NCBI GenBank assembly: GCA_963803435.1
Contig: CAWDML010000009.1
Location: 512,001 to 576,000, forward strand
Reading direction: 5' to 3'
DNA length: 64,000 nt
Source: an uncultured delta proteobacterium
GTDB taxonomy: Bacteria; Myxococcota; Kuafuiibacteriia; Kuafuiibacteriales; Kuafuiibacteriaceae
Of this stretch, positions 38,110 to 49,221 are shown piece after piece. Each line of letters begins with the position of its first letter. Within the stretch, counting starts at the first letter, position 1. Position numbers and translations under genes: made by a program. The notes under the pieces are model-generated. The model did not search any database, was not told the origin of the DNA, and was given only the letters and a program-made list of their open reading frames with translations.

Positions 38110-39606
38110 GTGCGACGTGTACTCTGGCCCGGCGTGGGTGCAAAGCGAATCACGCATCGGCTCGCCCCGCCGCGCTGGCCGACGCGCGAAGAGGCCGACG
38201 CCTCACTTCTGTTCAGTCCCGTGCGCATCGGCGCGATCGAGCTGCGATCCCGGACCTGGGTGCCGGCGATGGTGCCCTGGCGCGCGACCGAGTCGGGTCA
38301 CGTCACGCCGGCGCTGCTCGACTGGTACGGGCGGTTCGCCGAGGGCCGCCCCGGCGCGATCGTGGTGGAGGCCACCGGCATTCGCGACGTGCCGAGCGGT
38401 CCGCTCCTGCGCATCGGTCACGATCGATTCGTCCCCGGGCTCGCCGAGCTGGTGGACACCGTGAAGCGGAGGAGCGGCGGTGAGACGCGGCTCTTCATCC
38501 AGATCATCGACTTCCTCGCGATCAAGCGGAGGCCGGAGCGCGAGAAGTTCCTGCGCCGGTTTCTCACCATCACGGGCGCGCACCGCAAGAGCCTCGGCCT
38601 CGACTCCGCCAGCGAGGATGAGGTCCGCGCGGCGCTCCTGGTCGCGCCCGACGAGACGCTCGAGCGGGTCCTCTCTCCGCGCGAGCGCGACGATCTCTTC
38701 TTCGGCTACCGCGAGCGCGTCGGCGATCTCCACCTCCCGCACATCCGCGCGCTCCCGGAGGTCCTGCCTCAGCTCTTCGCCTCTGCGGCCAGGCGCGCCG
38801 AGCAGGCCGGGTTCGACGGCGTCGAGCTCCACTTCGCGCACGCGTACACGATGGCCTCGTTCCTCTCCCGGCTGAACGACCGGGACGACGGCTACGGCGG
38901 CTCGCCCGAGAACCGAGTCCGCCTCCCGCTCGAGGTGCATCGGGCGTGCCGCGCCGCGCTGTCGCCGGGCATGGTGCTCGGGTGCCGGTTCCTGGGCGAC
39001 GAGGTGATCGAGGGCGGCAGCCGGATCGAGGACGCGGTCTACTACGGCGTGCGATTCGCCGAGGCCGGCATGGACTACCTGTCGCTCAGCAAGGGCGGAA
39101 AGTTCGAGGACGCGCGGCGGCCGCGCATCGGCGAGGCCGCCTATCCGTACACCGGCGAGAGCGGACACGAGTGCATGCCCACGATCCACTCCGACCTGCG
39201 CGGACCGCTCGGGCGCAACCTCCCGCTGGCGCGCGCGGTGCGGGAGGCGGTGCGACAAGTCGGGCTCGACACGCCCGTGATCGGCGCGGGCGCGCTCAAC
39301 ACGTTCGACATCGCGGAGGGGGCGCTCCGGCGCGGCGACTGTGACGCGGTGGCCTCGGCGCGGCAGAGCCTCGCGGATCCCGACTGGTGGACCAAGATGC
39401 GGCTCGGGCGTGGCCAGGAGATCCGCTGCTGCGCCCTCACGAACTACTGCGAGGGCCTGGATCAGCGCCACAAGCAGGTGACCTGCCGACTGTGGGACCG
39501 TGCGCTGTTGTCCGGCGAGACGCCGCCGATGTCGAGCGACGGCAAGCGCCGTCTGGTCGCTCCGCCGTGGACCCGGTCCTCGAGTCGTTCTACGACGAAC
39601 GAATGA
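38110..39606 (+). CDS. NADH:flavin oxidoreductase (Old Yellow Enzyme family)
   Basis: [38 protein letters not shown]. Confidence 0.9.
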   Translation: MRRVLWPGVGAKRITHRLAPPRWPTREEADASLLFSPVRIGAIELRSRTWVPAMVPWRATESGHVTPALLDWYGRFAEGRPGAIVVEATGIRDVPSGPLLRIGHDRFVPGLAELVDTVKRRSGGETRLFIQIIDFLAIKRRPEREKFLRRFLTITGAHRKSLGLDSASEDEVRAALLVAPDETLERVLSPRERDDLFFGYRERVGDLHLPHIRALPEVLPQLFASAARRAEQAGFDGVELHFAHAYTMASFLSRLNDRDDGYGGSPENRVRLPLEVHRACRAALSPGMVLGCRFLGDEVIEGGSRIEDAVYYGVRFAEAGMDYLSLSKGGKFEDARRPRIGEAAYPYTGESGHECMPTIHSDLRGPLGRNLPLARAVREAVRQVGLDTPVIGAGALNTFDIAEGALRRGDCDAVASARQSLADPDWWTKMRLGRGQEIRCCALTNYCEGLDQRHKQVTCRLWDRALLSGETPPMSSDGKRRLVAPPWTRSSSRSTTNE

Positions 39607-40715
39607 AGACACGCGCCGCAGTCGCATACGAAGCGGGCAAGCCGCTGGTGATCGAAGAGGTCGAGCTCGCCGGTCCGAAGGCCGGTGAGGTCCTCGTCGA
39701 GATCAAGGCCACCGGCGTCTGCCACACCGACGACTTCACCCGCTCGGGAAAGGATCCGGAGGGCCTCTTCCCCGTCATCTTCGGACACGAGGGCGCCGGC
39801 GTGGTGGTCGACGTCGGCGCCGGCGTGACCTCGGTGAAGAGGGGCGACCACGTCATCCTGCTCTACACGCCGGAGTGCCGCGCCTGTCAGTCGTGCCTGA
39901 GCAGGAAGACGAACCTGTGCACGGCGATCCGCGCCACGCAAGGGCAGGGCGTGATGCCCGACGGCACCAGCCGCTTCTCCCTCGGCAAGACGAAGATCCA
40001 CCACTACATGGGGTGCTCGACGTTTTCGAACTTCACAGTGCTTCCCGAGATCGCGCTCGCCAAGGTCCGCGAGGACGCGCCCTTCGAGAAGATCTGTTAC
40101 ATCGGCTGTGGCGTCACCACCGGCATCGGCGCCGTGCTCTTCACCGCCAAGGTGGAGCCGGGCGCGAACGTCGTCGTCTTCGGGTTGGGCGGGATCGGGC
40201 TCAACGTGATCCAGGGCGCCCGCATCGCCGGCGCCGACATGATCGTGGGCGTCGACATCAACCCCGGCCGGGAGGCGCTGGCCAGGAAGCTGGGCGCGAC
40301 GCACTTCGTGAACCCGCGCGAGGTCGAGGGCGATCTGGTGGCGCACCTGGTCGAGCTCACCAAGGGCGGCGCCGATTACAGCTTCGAGTGCGTCGGCAAC
40401 GTCCAGCTGATGCGGCAGGCCCTCGAGTGCTGTCACCGCGGCTGGGGTGTCAGCGTGATCATCGGGGTCGCCGGCGCCGGCCAGGAGATCTCGACGCGAC
40501 CCTTCCAGCTGGTGACCGGCAGGGTCTGGAAGGGCACGGCCTTCGGCGGGGCGCGCGGCAGGACCGACGTCCCCCGGATCGTCGACTGGTTCATGGACGG
40601 CAAGATCGACATCGACAGCCTGATCACCCACCGATTGCCGCTCACACGGGTCAACGAGGCCTTCGATCTGATGCACGAGGGGAAGTCGATCCGGGCGGTC
40701 GTCGACTTCGCTTGA
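39603..40715 (+). CDS. frmA: S-(hydroxymethyl)glutathione dehydrogenase / class III alcohol dehydrogenase
   Basis: [51 protein letters not shown]. Confidence 0.96.
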   Translation: MKTRAAVAYEAGKPLVIEEVELAGPKAGEVLVEIKATGVCHTDDFTRSGKDPEGLFPVIFGHEGAGVVVDVGAGVTSVKRGDHVILLYTPECRACQSCLSRKTNLCTAIRATQGQGVMPDGTSRFSLGKTKIHHYMGCSTFSNFTVLPEIALAKVREDAPFEKICYIGCGVTTGIGAVLFTAKVEPGANVVVFGLGGIGLNVIQGARIAGADMIVGVDINPGREALARKLGATHFVNPREVEGDLVAHLVELTKGGADYSFECVGNVQLMRQALECCHRGWGVSVIIGVAGAGQEISTRPFQLVTGRVWKGTAFGGARGRTDVPRIVDWFMDGKIDIDSLITHRLPLTRVNEAFDLMHEGKSIRAVVDFA

Positions 40716-40748
40716 GCACCCGGCCGAAAAGCGGGAAGCTCGCGGGCC

Positions 40749-42155
40749 ATGACCTACGACCTGGTGGTGATCGGCGGCGGACCCGGCGGTGAGAAGGCCG
40801 CGGTGGCGGCGGCGTACTTCGGCAAACGCGTGGTGATGGTCGAGGACTCCGAGGACGGTCCCGGCGGCGCGACGGTCCATACCGGCACGCTCCCCTCCAA
40901 GACGCTGCGGGAGACGGCGCTCTATCTGACCGGCTTCCACCGGCGCGAGCTGTACTCCGGGCTCTCCTGGGGGATCCGGGAGGACAGCCGCTCGGCGCAG
41001 TCGCTGATGTGCCGGCTGCCGATGGTGCGTTCGCTTCAAGCGAACCAGATCCGCGAGAACCTGGATCGGCACGGCGTCGAGCTGATCAAGGGCTTCGGCC
41101 GGTTCGAGAGCCCCAACGTGGTGGTGGTGGACGGCCGCCGGCTCGAGACCAAGTTCGTGCTGATCGCGACCGGTTCGTCACCGCGCCGGCCCGCCGACTT
41201 CGACTTCGCGGATCCGGAGGTGTTCGACAGCGACAGCCTGCTCAAGCTCGACACGCTCCCCGAGTCGCTCGCGATCATCGGCGGTGGTGTCATCGGGAGC
41301 GAGTACGCCTGCGTGTTCTCGGCGCTCGGCGTCGAGATCGAGGTGATCGAGCGCGCCGATCGGCTGCTCGGGTTCCTCGACCATCAGATCTCCGACGCCC
41401 TGATGACGGCGATGCGCGCCTCCGGGATCGACCTCTGCCTTTCGGACGGCGTCGAGTCGCTCAAGCGCGAGGGGCCGGATCTGATCATGGCGCTCAAGAG
41501 CGGAAAGCGGATCCAGGTCGACAAGGTGCTGGTCTCCGCAGGCCGCACCGGCAACACGGACGGGCTCGAGCTCGACAAGGCCGGCGTGGAGATCGACGCG
41601 CATCATCTGATCGTCGCCGACCCGACGACCTACCGGACCTCGGCGCCGCATGTGTACGCGGTCGGTGACGTCATCGGCCGGCCGGCGCTGGCATCGACCG
41701 CGATGGAGCAAGGCCGCGTGGCGGTGGCGGCGATGTTCGACCTCGAGGTACCGCGGCGCGACTGGAGCACGATTCCCTCGGGGATCTACACCATCCCGGA
41801 GGCGTGCGCGTGCGGGCCCACCGAGGAGGAGCTGGCCGCCAAGGGGGTACGGTACGTCAGCGGGATCTCGTACATGCGGCACAACGCACGCGGGCAGATC
41901 ATCGGCGACGTCGACGGCTTCGTGAAGCTGCTCTTCTCGGCCGACGACCGGCGGCTCTTGGGGACGCACATCATCGCGGAGCGCGCGACCGAGCTGATCC
42001 ACGTGGGGCAGGCGGTCATGCGGCTGGGCGGCGGGATCGACTACTTCATCGAATCGGTCATGAGCTATCCGTCGCTCTCGGTCGCCTACAAGTATGCGGC
42101 GTACGACGCGCTCGGGAAGCTGATGGGCCACGAGCGCCTGACGCCCCTCCACTGA
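40749..42155 (+). CDS. sthA: Soluble pyridine nucleotide transhydrogenase
   Basis: GGGPGG, TGTLPSKTLRE (no redox CxxxxC), ATELIHVGQ, YPSLSVAYKYAA. Confidence 0.9.
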   Translation: MTYDLVVIGGGPGGEKAAVAAAYFGKRVVMVEDSEDGPGGATVHTGTLPSKTLRETALYLTGFHRRELYSGLSWGIREDSRSAQSLMCRLPMVRSLQANQIRENLDRHGVELIKGFGRFESPNVVVVDGRRLETKFVLIATGSSPRRPADFDFADPEVFDSDSLLKLDTLPESLAIIGGGVIGSEYACVFSALGVEIEVIERADRLLGFLDHQISDALMTAMRASGIDLCLSDGVESLKREGPDLIMALKSGKRIQVDKVLVSAGRTGNTDGLELDKAGVEIDAHHLIVADPTTYRTSAPHVYAVGDVIGRPALASTAMEQGRVAVAAMFDLEVPRRDWSTIPSGIYTIPEACACGPTEEELAAKGVRYVSGISYMRHNARGQIIGDVDGFVKLLFSADDRRLLGTHIIAERATELIHVGQAVMRLGGGIDYFIESVMSYPSLSVAYKYAAYDALGKLMGHERLTPLH

Positions 42156-42266
42156 TGCAGGTGATCGCGCCCATTCTGGGGCCGCGGTGAACACCGAGGA
42201 CACATTCTCGTCCAAGGTGCAGTGGGTTCGCTTGTAAAGGCCGGGCCGAACGTATTACCTGGGGTC

Positions 42267-43133
42267 ATGTTTTCAGCGCGCCGCATTGACGCGACGCGTC
42301 GCGTCCTCGTGTCCGCGGTGATGATCGGGAGCCTCTTCGGCGTCTCGACGGCGGCCGAGGCGGGCGATCCCATGCGACTCCTGATCTGTCAGCCCGGGGG
42401 TCCCGATCTCGGTGATGAGCAACAGCACGTCATCGACAAGATGTATCGGTACATCGAGCGGAAGACGGCGCTCGAGACGGGTCGGATCCAGGGCTACTAC
42501 ACGAACGATCGCGAGAAGTGCCTGGAGGAGCTGGCGAAGAAGCCAGCGATCGTGATCCCGTCGCTCCCGATCTACCTGGAGTACAAGGAGAAGATCGGCC
42601 TCACTCCGGTCGCGCAGCTCCGCCTCAACGGCAAGGTCGAGGACCCCTTCTACATCCTGGTGAAGGCCGACAGCCCGATGAGCTCGGCGCGCGATCTCGC
42701 AGGCAAGACCGTGATCGGCACGCACTTGGGGTCTCCGAGCTTCCTCCTCGACATCATCCTCGAGGGCAAGCTGACCTCGAAGGAGGTGACGGTGAAGTCC
42801 GAGCGCTTCGGGCTGCGGGCGATCCGCGACGTGACCAAGGGTAAGGCAGACGCCGTGCTGCTGGACGGCACGCAGTACCGCGCCCTCGCCGGCACTCAGT
42901 TCGAGAAGCAGCTCAAGCTGCTCGTCACCTCCAAGGCGCTCCCGACCCCGCCGGTCACCGTCACCAAGAGCGCGCCCCCCGGGTTCGTCACCAAGCTCGG
43001 CGCCGCGCTGGTGGGTATGACCGAGGACCGCGAAGGCCAGGAGGTGGTGCGCATATTCCGCGTCGAGGGCTTCGAGCTCGCGGAGCCCAAGACCTGGGCC
43101 AGCCTCGAGAAACAGATCAAGAGCGCACCCTGA
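42267..43133 (+). CDS. PhnD/SsuA-like periplasmic substrate-binding protein
   Basis: Signal peptide; YILVKADS..DLAGK, VTKGKADAV PBP2-like motifs. Confidence 0.75.
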   Translation: MFSARRIDATRRVLVSAVMIGSLFGVSTAAEAGDPMRLLICQPGGPDLGDEQQHVIDKMYRYIERKTALETGRIQGYYTNDREKCLEELAKKPAIVIPSLPIYLEYKEKIGLTPVAQLRLNGKVEDPFYILVKADSPMSSARDLAGKTVIGTHLGSPSFLLDIILEGKLTSKEVTVKSERFGLRAIRDVTKGKADAVLLDGTQYRALAGTQFEKQLKLLVTSKALPTPPVTVTKSAPPGFVTKLGAALVGMTEDREGQEVVRIFRVEGFELAEPKTWASLEKQIKSAP

Positions 43134-43135
43134 GC

Positions 43136-45964
43136 ATGATCCGTTGGGCGCGATGGCTCTCGTCGCGGCGGACGGCGTGGGCCGTGGTGATCCTCAGCTT
43201 GGCACTGACCGCGATCGCTGGCCTCTTCGCGCTGCGCGTCGAGCATGACGACGACCTCCTCGCGTTTCTCCCCCGCGGCAACGCCGACGTGGCCGCCTTC
43301 TACGAGATCAACAAGGAGTTCGGGAGCCTCGACGTGGCGCTGGTCGGCATCGAGGCCGACGACCCTTTCGAGGCCGGCTTCCTGAACCGCCTCGGCGAGG
43401 TCACCCGCAAGCTCAACGAGGACAAGTCGATCCACTTCGCCCTCAGCGTCGCGAACGTGCCCGACTTTACCGCCTCTGCCGAGGGCGGGATCGTGACGGA
43501 CCTGTTGATCCCGGGTTCGCCCGCGGGCGAGGCCGAAGAGCAAGCGCTGCGCGAGAAGGTCATGTCCCGCGACATGGTGGTCGGCCAGCTGGTCTCGTCC
43601 GACGCACACGCTGTCCTCATCTACTGCTTCTCCGCGTTCGGCACCGATCCGCGGACGTTCGCGGGGACCGTCGAGCGGATCGTGCGCGAGGACTTCCCGA
43701 CCGAGTCCATCTACTGGGGTGGCGCACCGTTCGTCTCCACGTACATCTACACCGCGACGCAGGACGACCTCCGGAAGCTGACGCCGTGGGCGGTGCTGGT
43801 CGTGATCCTGCTGGTGATCCTCTCGTTTCGAGATCTGATCGGCGCGCTGCTCTCGTTGGTCTCGACCGGCATGGGGATCGCGGCGGCGGTCGGGCTGATG
43901 GGCGTCCTCGGGATCGAATACAACCTGGTGCTCAGCTCGATGCCCGTGATCCTGTTCTCGTGCGGGAGCGCCTACGCGATCCACGTGATCGCGCGGTACT
44001 ACCAGGTCGTCGGGAAGGACGCCTCGGCGGATCCGGGGAAGGCGCTCGAGGAGACGCTCGCGACGGTGGGGCCGACGGTGCTGGCGGCCGGGCTGACGAC
44101 CGTGGCCGGGCTGTCTTCGTTCCTCGCCATGGACATCGCGCCGATGCGGACCTTCGGGCTCTTCTCCGCGTTCGGCATCCTGGTCACGCTGATCCTGTCG
44201 CTGACGTTCGTGCCGGCGGTGATCGTGCTCGTGCGACCGCGCGCCAAGCGCTTCGGTCGATCGGCCTTCATCGCGGCGATCATGCCGGTGGTCGAGCTGA
44301 CGCGCCTTCGCCCGCGGACGGTCGCGGTGCTGCTGGTCCTGATCTCGCTCGCCGGCGCCCGCTACATCTTCCGCGTCGACAACCGGATGGATCAGACGGC
44401 GTTCTTCACCGAGGGGAGCCCGCCGGATCGCGCCGACCGGTTCCTGCTGCGCCACTTCGGGGGCGCCACCTTCATCGAGGTCGCCGTCGACGCCGACTTC
44501 ACCCAGCCCGAGACGCTCCGGGAGCTGGAGCGCCTCTCCGATCGGATCGCCACGCTGCCGGCCGTGTCGAACGTGCAGCACATCGGCCAGGTGATCTCGC
44601 AGGTCAACGAGGCGATGGAGGGCGAGCGACGGATTCCGGACGACGGCGACAAGGTCCAGTCGCTGTACCGCTTCCTCACCGGCAACTCGGCGGTCTCGCA
44701 GCTGGTCACCGCGGCCCATCACCGCGCGCTGGTAGTGGTCAAGGTGCGGTCCACCGACATCACCGAGATCGAGGAGACGCTGGCCGCGATCGAACAGATC
44801 GTCGTCGGCGAGATCCCCGCGCGTTACCGGCTCGCGCCGCGCGGAACGCCGGAGGCGGTCGCCGCCGCCCAGTCCTACGTGATGGGGCGGATCCGCGCGC
44901 TCCTGTCCGGCGTGGGGATCTCACTGGCGCGGGCGCAGGACGAGCAGCTCCGGACGCGGCTCGCCAGCCCCGCGCCCGCGGTCGCCTCGAGCGCGCTCCT
45001 CCCGGCGCTGCGGACGTTCCTCGGCTCGGACGAGTGTCTCGTCGATCTGGGCGACGACGCGAAGCGAGACAGGGTGGCGGGCGCGCTGGCGGCGCTCGCT
45101 CCCGGAGCGTCCGAGGCGGAGGTCGAGGCCGCGATCGCAGGCGTGATCGCGGGCGAGACCATCGAGGGCGAGGCCGCCGGTCCCGAGCTGATCGCGGATC
45201 TGGCAGGCTCGGTCCGGACGCCGCTGGTCGAGATCCGCCGTCGCGTGGAGGCGAAGGCCCGCGCGGAGGCGATGCTCGCCGATCTTCCCGTGCCGGCGGC
45301 GATCGCCGAGCGGGTCGCGCAGCTCCTCCCGGTGCTCGACGCGCCCAGGACGCTGGTGCCGGCGGGGAAGGGGCCGGCGGACGGCGAGATGTCAGCCATG
45401 GTCAACGGCTTGCCGGTGCTCCACCGTGGGCTGTCGGCCAGCTCCACCCGGAATCAGCTGCTCAGCATGACGATCGCGCTGCTGGCGGTGCTGGTGATCC
45501 TGATGATCACGTTCCGCTCGCTCACGTACGGTTTGATCGCTTCGAGCCCCATGTTCATCACGCTCCTCGTGATCTACGGCGGCATGGGTTGGCTCGGCGT
45601 GCACCTCGACATCGGCACCTCGATGCTCGCGAGCATCGTGATCGGTGCAGGCGTCGACTACTCCGTCCATCTCCTGGTGGCGTGGCGCCGCTCGACGTCG
45701 CTGGCCGAGGCCGTCGAGCGGGCAGGACCCGCGATCTGGACCAACGCCCTCATGGTCGCCGCCGGCTTCTTCGTCCTGACGCTCGGCGAGGCTCGTCCGC
45801 TGCAAAATGTGGGCGGGCTGACGGCCGCGGCGATGCTGACGGCGGCGCTCTCCACCTTCGTCTCGATCCCGTTGCTCGGCGGCTGGATGCACGCGGCGGA
45901 CTTGCGCACCGAATCGGAGTCGGTGACGGTCCCCGAGGACAGCCCGAAAGGAGTCACCTCGTGA
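43136..45964 (+). CDS. MMPL/RND family lipid exporter
   Basis: Two 1+5 TM halves; GSAYAIH and GAGVDYSVH motifs. Confidence 0.92.
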   Translation: MIRWARWLSSRRTAWAVVILSLALTAIAGLFALRVEHDDDLLAFLPRGNADVAAFYEINKEFGSLDVALVGIEADDPFEAGFLNRLGEVTRKLNEDKSIHFALSVANVPDFTASAEGGIVTDLLIPGSPAGEAEEQALREKVMSRDMVVGQLVSSDAHAVLIYCFSAFGTDPRTFAGTVERIVREDFPTESIYWGGAPFVSTYIYTATQDDLRKLTPWAVLVVILLVILSFRDLIGALLSLVSTGMGIAAAVGLMGVLGIEYNLVLSSMPVILFSCGSAYAIHVIARYYQVVGKDASADPGKALEETLATVGPTVLAAGLTTVAGLSSFLAMDIAPMRTFGLFSAFGILVTLILSLTFVPAVIVLVRPRAKRFGRSAFIAAIMPVVELTRLRPRTVAVLLVLISLAGARYIFRVDNRMDQTAFFTEGSPPDRADRFLLRHFGGATFIEVAVDADFTQPETLRELERLSDRIATLPAVSNVQHIGQVISQVNEAMEGERRIPDDGDKVQSLYRFLTGNSAVSQLVTAAHHRALVVVKVRSTDITEIEETLAAIEQIVVGEIPARYRLAPRGTPEAVAAAQSYVMGRIRALLSGVGISLARAQDEQLRTRLASPAPAVASSALLPALRTFLGSDECLVDLGDDAKRDRVAGALAALAPGASEAEVEAAIAGVIAGETIEGEAAGPELIADLAGSVRTPLVEIRRRVEAKARAEAMLADLPVPAAIAERVAQLLPVLDAPRTLVPAGKGPADGEMSAMVNGLPVLHRGLSASSTRNQLLSMTIALLAVLVILMITFRSLTYGLIASSPMFITLLVIYGGMGWLGVHLDIGTSMLASIVIGAGVDYSVHLLVAWRRSTSLAEAVERAGPAIWTNALMVAAGFFVLTLGEARPLQNVGGLTAAAMLTAALSTFVSIPLLGGWMHAADLRTESESVTVPEDSPKGVTS

Positions 45965-46683
45965 ACGTCTTCGCCGGATTTCTCGCCTTGAGCCTGGCTC
46001 AGGCCAACGCTCAACCGAACGCCGACCAGATCGTCAAGGACATGGACGCGGCCATGAACGCGTACCGTGATCTGTCGCTGAAGTACGAGATGATCGACAA
46101 GCAGCAGGGCCGCGACGAGCGGAAGATGATGTTCGACATCGACATCAAGGGCGAGATGCGGATGACCGCGTTCGACGCCCCCGCCGACATGAAGGGCACC
46201 AAAGTGCTCATCGTGTCGCCGACGCAGATGTACATCTACCTGCCGTCGTACAAGAAGGTCCGCCGGATCGCGAGCCACGTGACGAACCAAGGGTTCATGG
46301 GATCGGCGTACAGCAACGATGACATGGCCCTGAGCCGGTTCGGTGACAAGTTCAGCGCGAAGCTCCTCGGTGAGGACGACGCGACCTGGAGCCTCGAGAT
46401 GACCAAGAAAAACGACGATGCTCCCTACGCGAAGATCCGGCTCACTGTCGACAAGAAGCTCCATCAGCCGATCAAGCTCGAGTACTTCAACGAGGAAGGC
46501 ACCCACATCAAGACCGAGACTCGCACCAAGTTCGACTGCGAGGGGAACGTGTGCGCACCCGGAGAGATGGAGATGACGGATCATCGGAGCGAGGGCCACT
46601 CGAGCACGCTGATCCGCCGCCAGTGGAAGGTGAACCCGGGACTCTCGGATCGCGTCTTCAGCAAGCGTAATCTGCAACCGTGA
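45961..46683 (+). CDS. Outer membrane lipoprotein-sorting (LolA-like) protein
   Basis: PADMKGT, YLPSYKKVRRIA, FMGSAYSNDD, FSKRNL; GTGA overlap with the MMPL gene. Confidence 0.88.
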   Translation: MNVFAGFLALSLAQANAQPNADQIVKDMDAAMNAYRDLSLKYEMIDKQQGRDERKMMFDIDIKGEMRMTAFDAPADMKGTKVLIVSPTQMYIYLPSYKKVRRIASHVTNQGFMGSAYSNDDMALSRFGDKFSAKLLGEDDATWSLEMTKKNDDAPYAKIRLTVDKKLHQPIKLEYFNEEGTHIKTETRTKFDCEGNVCAPGEMEMTDHRSEGHSSTLIRRQWKVNPGLSDRVFSKRNLQP

Positions 46684-49204
46684 CCCGCGCCCTGCTGATC
46701 GCGAGCCTCGGGCTCGCGTCATGTGCGCGCTACGATCGACTCGACGCGGGCGATGTCGATCCGATCGGCTCGGCGATCCTCGCCTGGTACCAGCCGGCCG
46801 GGAAGGCGCGCGTGGTCGCCGTGGACGGGCCCGCGTATCACCGGGAGCTGCCAGGGAACGGTGAGACGGTGGTGGTGCTGCACTACGCGGAGTCCTTGGC
46901 GGAGCTCCAGATCGCGACGACTCCGGAAGGGGACGTCGTCGAGGACGCGGCGGGACGCTCGCTGCCTTTCGAGCGGGGGTTCAAGAGCGAGCGGGGCGGG
47001 CCGTTCGACCGGCTCAACGCGCTGACCCCCGAGCTCGCGAGCTACCGGATTCCGGTCCTCGATCCGCTGTCCTGCCTGTCGAGGGGCGAGTGTCCGGGCG
47101 TGGGCCGCTGCGTCCCCTGCCTGCCGGGGCGAACGATCCAAACACCCGAACTACCCAGATTGGCCGAGTCCCCGTTCGCGCCCGTCCTCACGCCTTGCCC
47201 GGCGGACTGGAGGGAGGTGCGCGGCGGAGGCCTCGACGCGCCGTACTGCGAGCCTCCCGCCCAGGTGGCGATGGGCTGTCTCGACGCCGAGGTGCAGCGC
47301 TACGGTGCGGTCAGCTGCACGAGGGTCGGGACTGTCTGCCCCGTCGGTCGGTTCCCGAGCGATACGGATGCGGGCACCATCTTCGTCGATGGGCAGGCGG
47401 GCCCTGGTGGGGACGGAACGATTCTCGTCTCCGTTTCGATCCTTGGCCGAGGCGTCGAGCGTCGGCCCGCCCGGCCGAATCGTTCTGGTGGCGTCCGGGA
47501 CGTACGACGAGCCACCGCTCGGGCTGTCCGAGCTCACGATCCGGGGCACTTGCACCGACGCGGTGGTGCGTACCGCCCGGGTCGACTTCGATGGACCTTC
47601 GGCCGCGCTCGAGAACCTCACCCTATCGACCGGCGCCGTCGTGGTGCGCGGCCGGCAGGGGTACCTGTTCGACGTGATCCTGAGCGACGCGGTCGCGAGC
47701 CCGCTCGTCGTCGAGGCGACGGGGGAGATCACGATGCTGGACACGGTCGTCCGACGCGCCGCCGAGCCGATCCATGTCGAGGGCTCCCTGAGCGCCCAGG
47801 ACGTCAACATCGAGGACAGCCAGTGCATGGGGCTGGAGTCCGTCGGGGGCAGCGTGCTCCTCGAGCGAACGATCTTCCGGGGCACGCGGCCGTGCCCGGT
47901 GCCTCCCACGGTCGATCTCCGGCTGGAGGGAGGTGATGGGCAGCTCTCCTCGGTGCGCTTCGATGGAGGCGGGGATCATGGGGTCGCCGCGTACCAAGCG
48001 ATCCTCATCGCCAACGACGTGTCGATCGCGGACCGGATCCTCGGGATCGAGCTCCACCAAACCGATGCGACGCTCACCAACCTCGCGATGGGGACGAGCA
48101 GGCTGCAGGCGAGCAGCTCGACGGTCTCGATCGTGATGATGGTGGGCCGCTCGCTCGACCTCGAGACCAGCCACGCCAACATCCGACAGCTGCGGCTGGA
48201 GGGCGATCCCGGTGAGGTCGCGCTCTCGGCGCAAGCTTCGAGCGAGATCGCCGCCAGCGACCTCCTGATCCGGAACGCGCTCCATGCGGCGGACGTGCTG
48301 GGCCAGGCGCATCTCCAGCTCCAGCGTGCGGAGGTCGCGGGATCGACGGTCGCCTTCGAGGTGGGATCGGGCGCGGTGGCCGTGCGCGACGCCAGCGTGC
48401 ACGGGGGCGGCACCTTCCTCATCGGGCCCGCGGACGTCACCGTGCTTCTCGAGCGCGTCGCCGTCTCGGACGTCGTCAAGGGACTCACGATCGGTCCGGA
48501 CGCGTGTACGGGGCCGGTTTCGCTCGGTTCGGGGCAGGTCACGGTCTCCAGCCTGAAGTTCCAAGACACGGCGAATCCGATCACGCTCACCGGCGCGACC
48601 GCCAACCTGGTGAGCGTCGAGCTCGAGCGATCGGGATCCTTTTGGTCGTGCGACTCGAGGCTCGACGCGACAGACCTGAGCTCGAGGAGCACGACCGCTT
48701 CGATTGCCGCTCATCTGATCGGAATCAGCGGCGCTCCGGGTGTCCAACTCGCGCGGGTCTCGCTCCAGGACGCCGGCGTCGGTCTCGAGCTACGGTCGAT
48801 AGGAACCGATACGATTCTACAGGATGTGGTCATCGAGGGCGCGCGCGATGTCGGTCTCCGGGCGACCGGTGGGGGCTCGGCGCAGATCGCGCGACTCGGG
48901 ATCGTCGGTTGCCCGATCGGGCTCGACGTCGAAGAACTGTTCGAGCTCGACCTGAAGGATCTCGACGGTCTCGACGGCGTCGGACCGCGCCGCCTACGTG
49001 CGGTCGGCCACGCTGGATGTCGAGGCCTTCAAGCTCGAGCTGGGCGGGACCGGCCTGGACTTCGACGCGGCTGCGGGGATGATGGTCGGTGGGCGGATCT
49101 CGGGGTTCCAGACCGGCTTTCGGCTCGAGAGCGGCACGCCTCCGACCTTCCGTGACGTCGAGCTGATCGACAACGACCAGGCGGTTCGTGTCGACGGCCG
49201 CTGA
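46680..49204 (+). CDS. Large beta-helix lipoprotein, frameshifted near 47420 and 48975
   Basis: LASC lipobox, Cys-rich region, IFVD..GDGT / SPFRSL..VLVASGTY beta-helix start, spread over three frames. Confidence 0.65.
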
Positions 49205-49221
49205 GCTGTTACGCTGGATTC

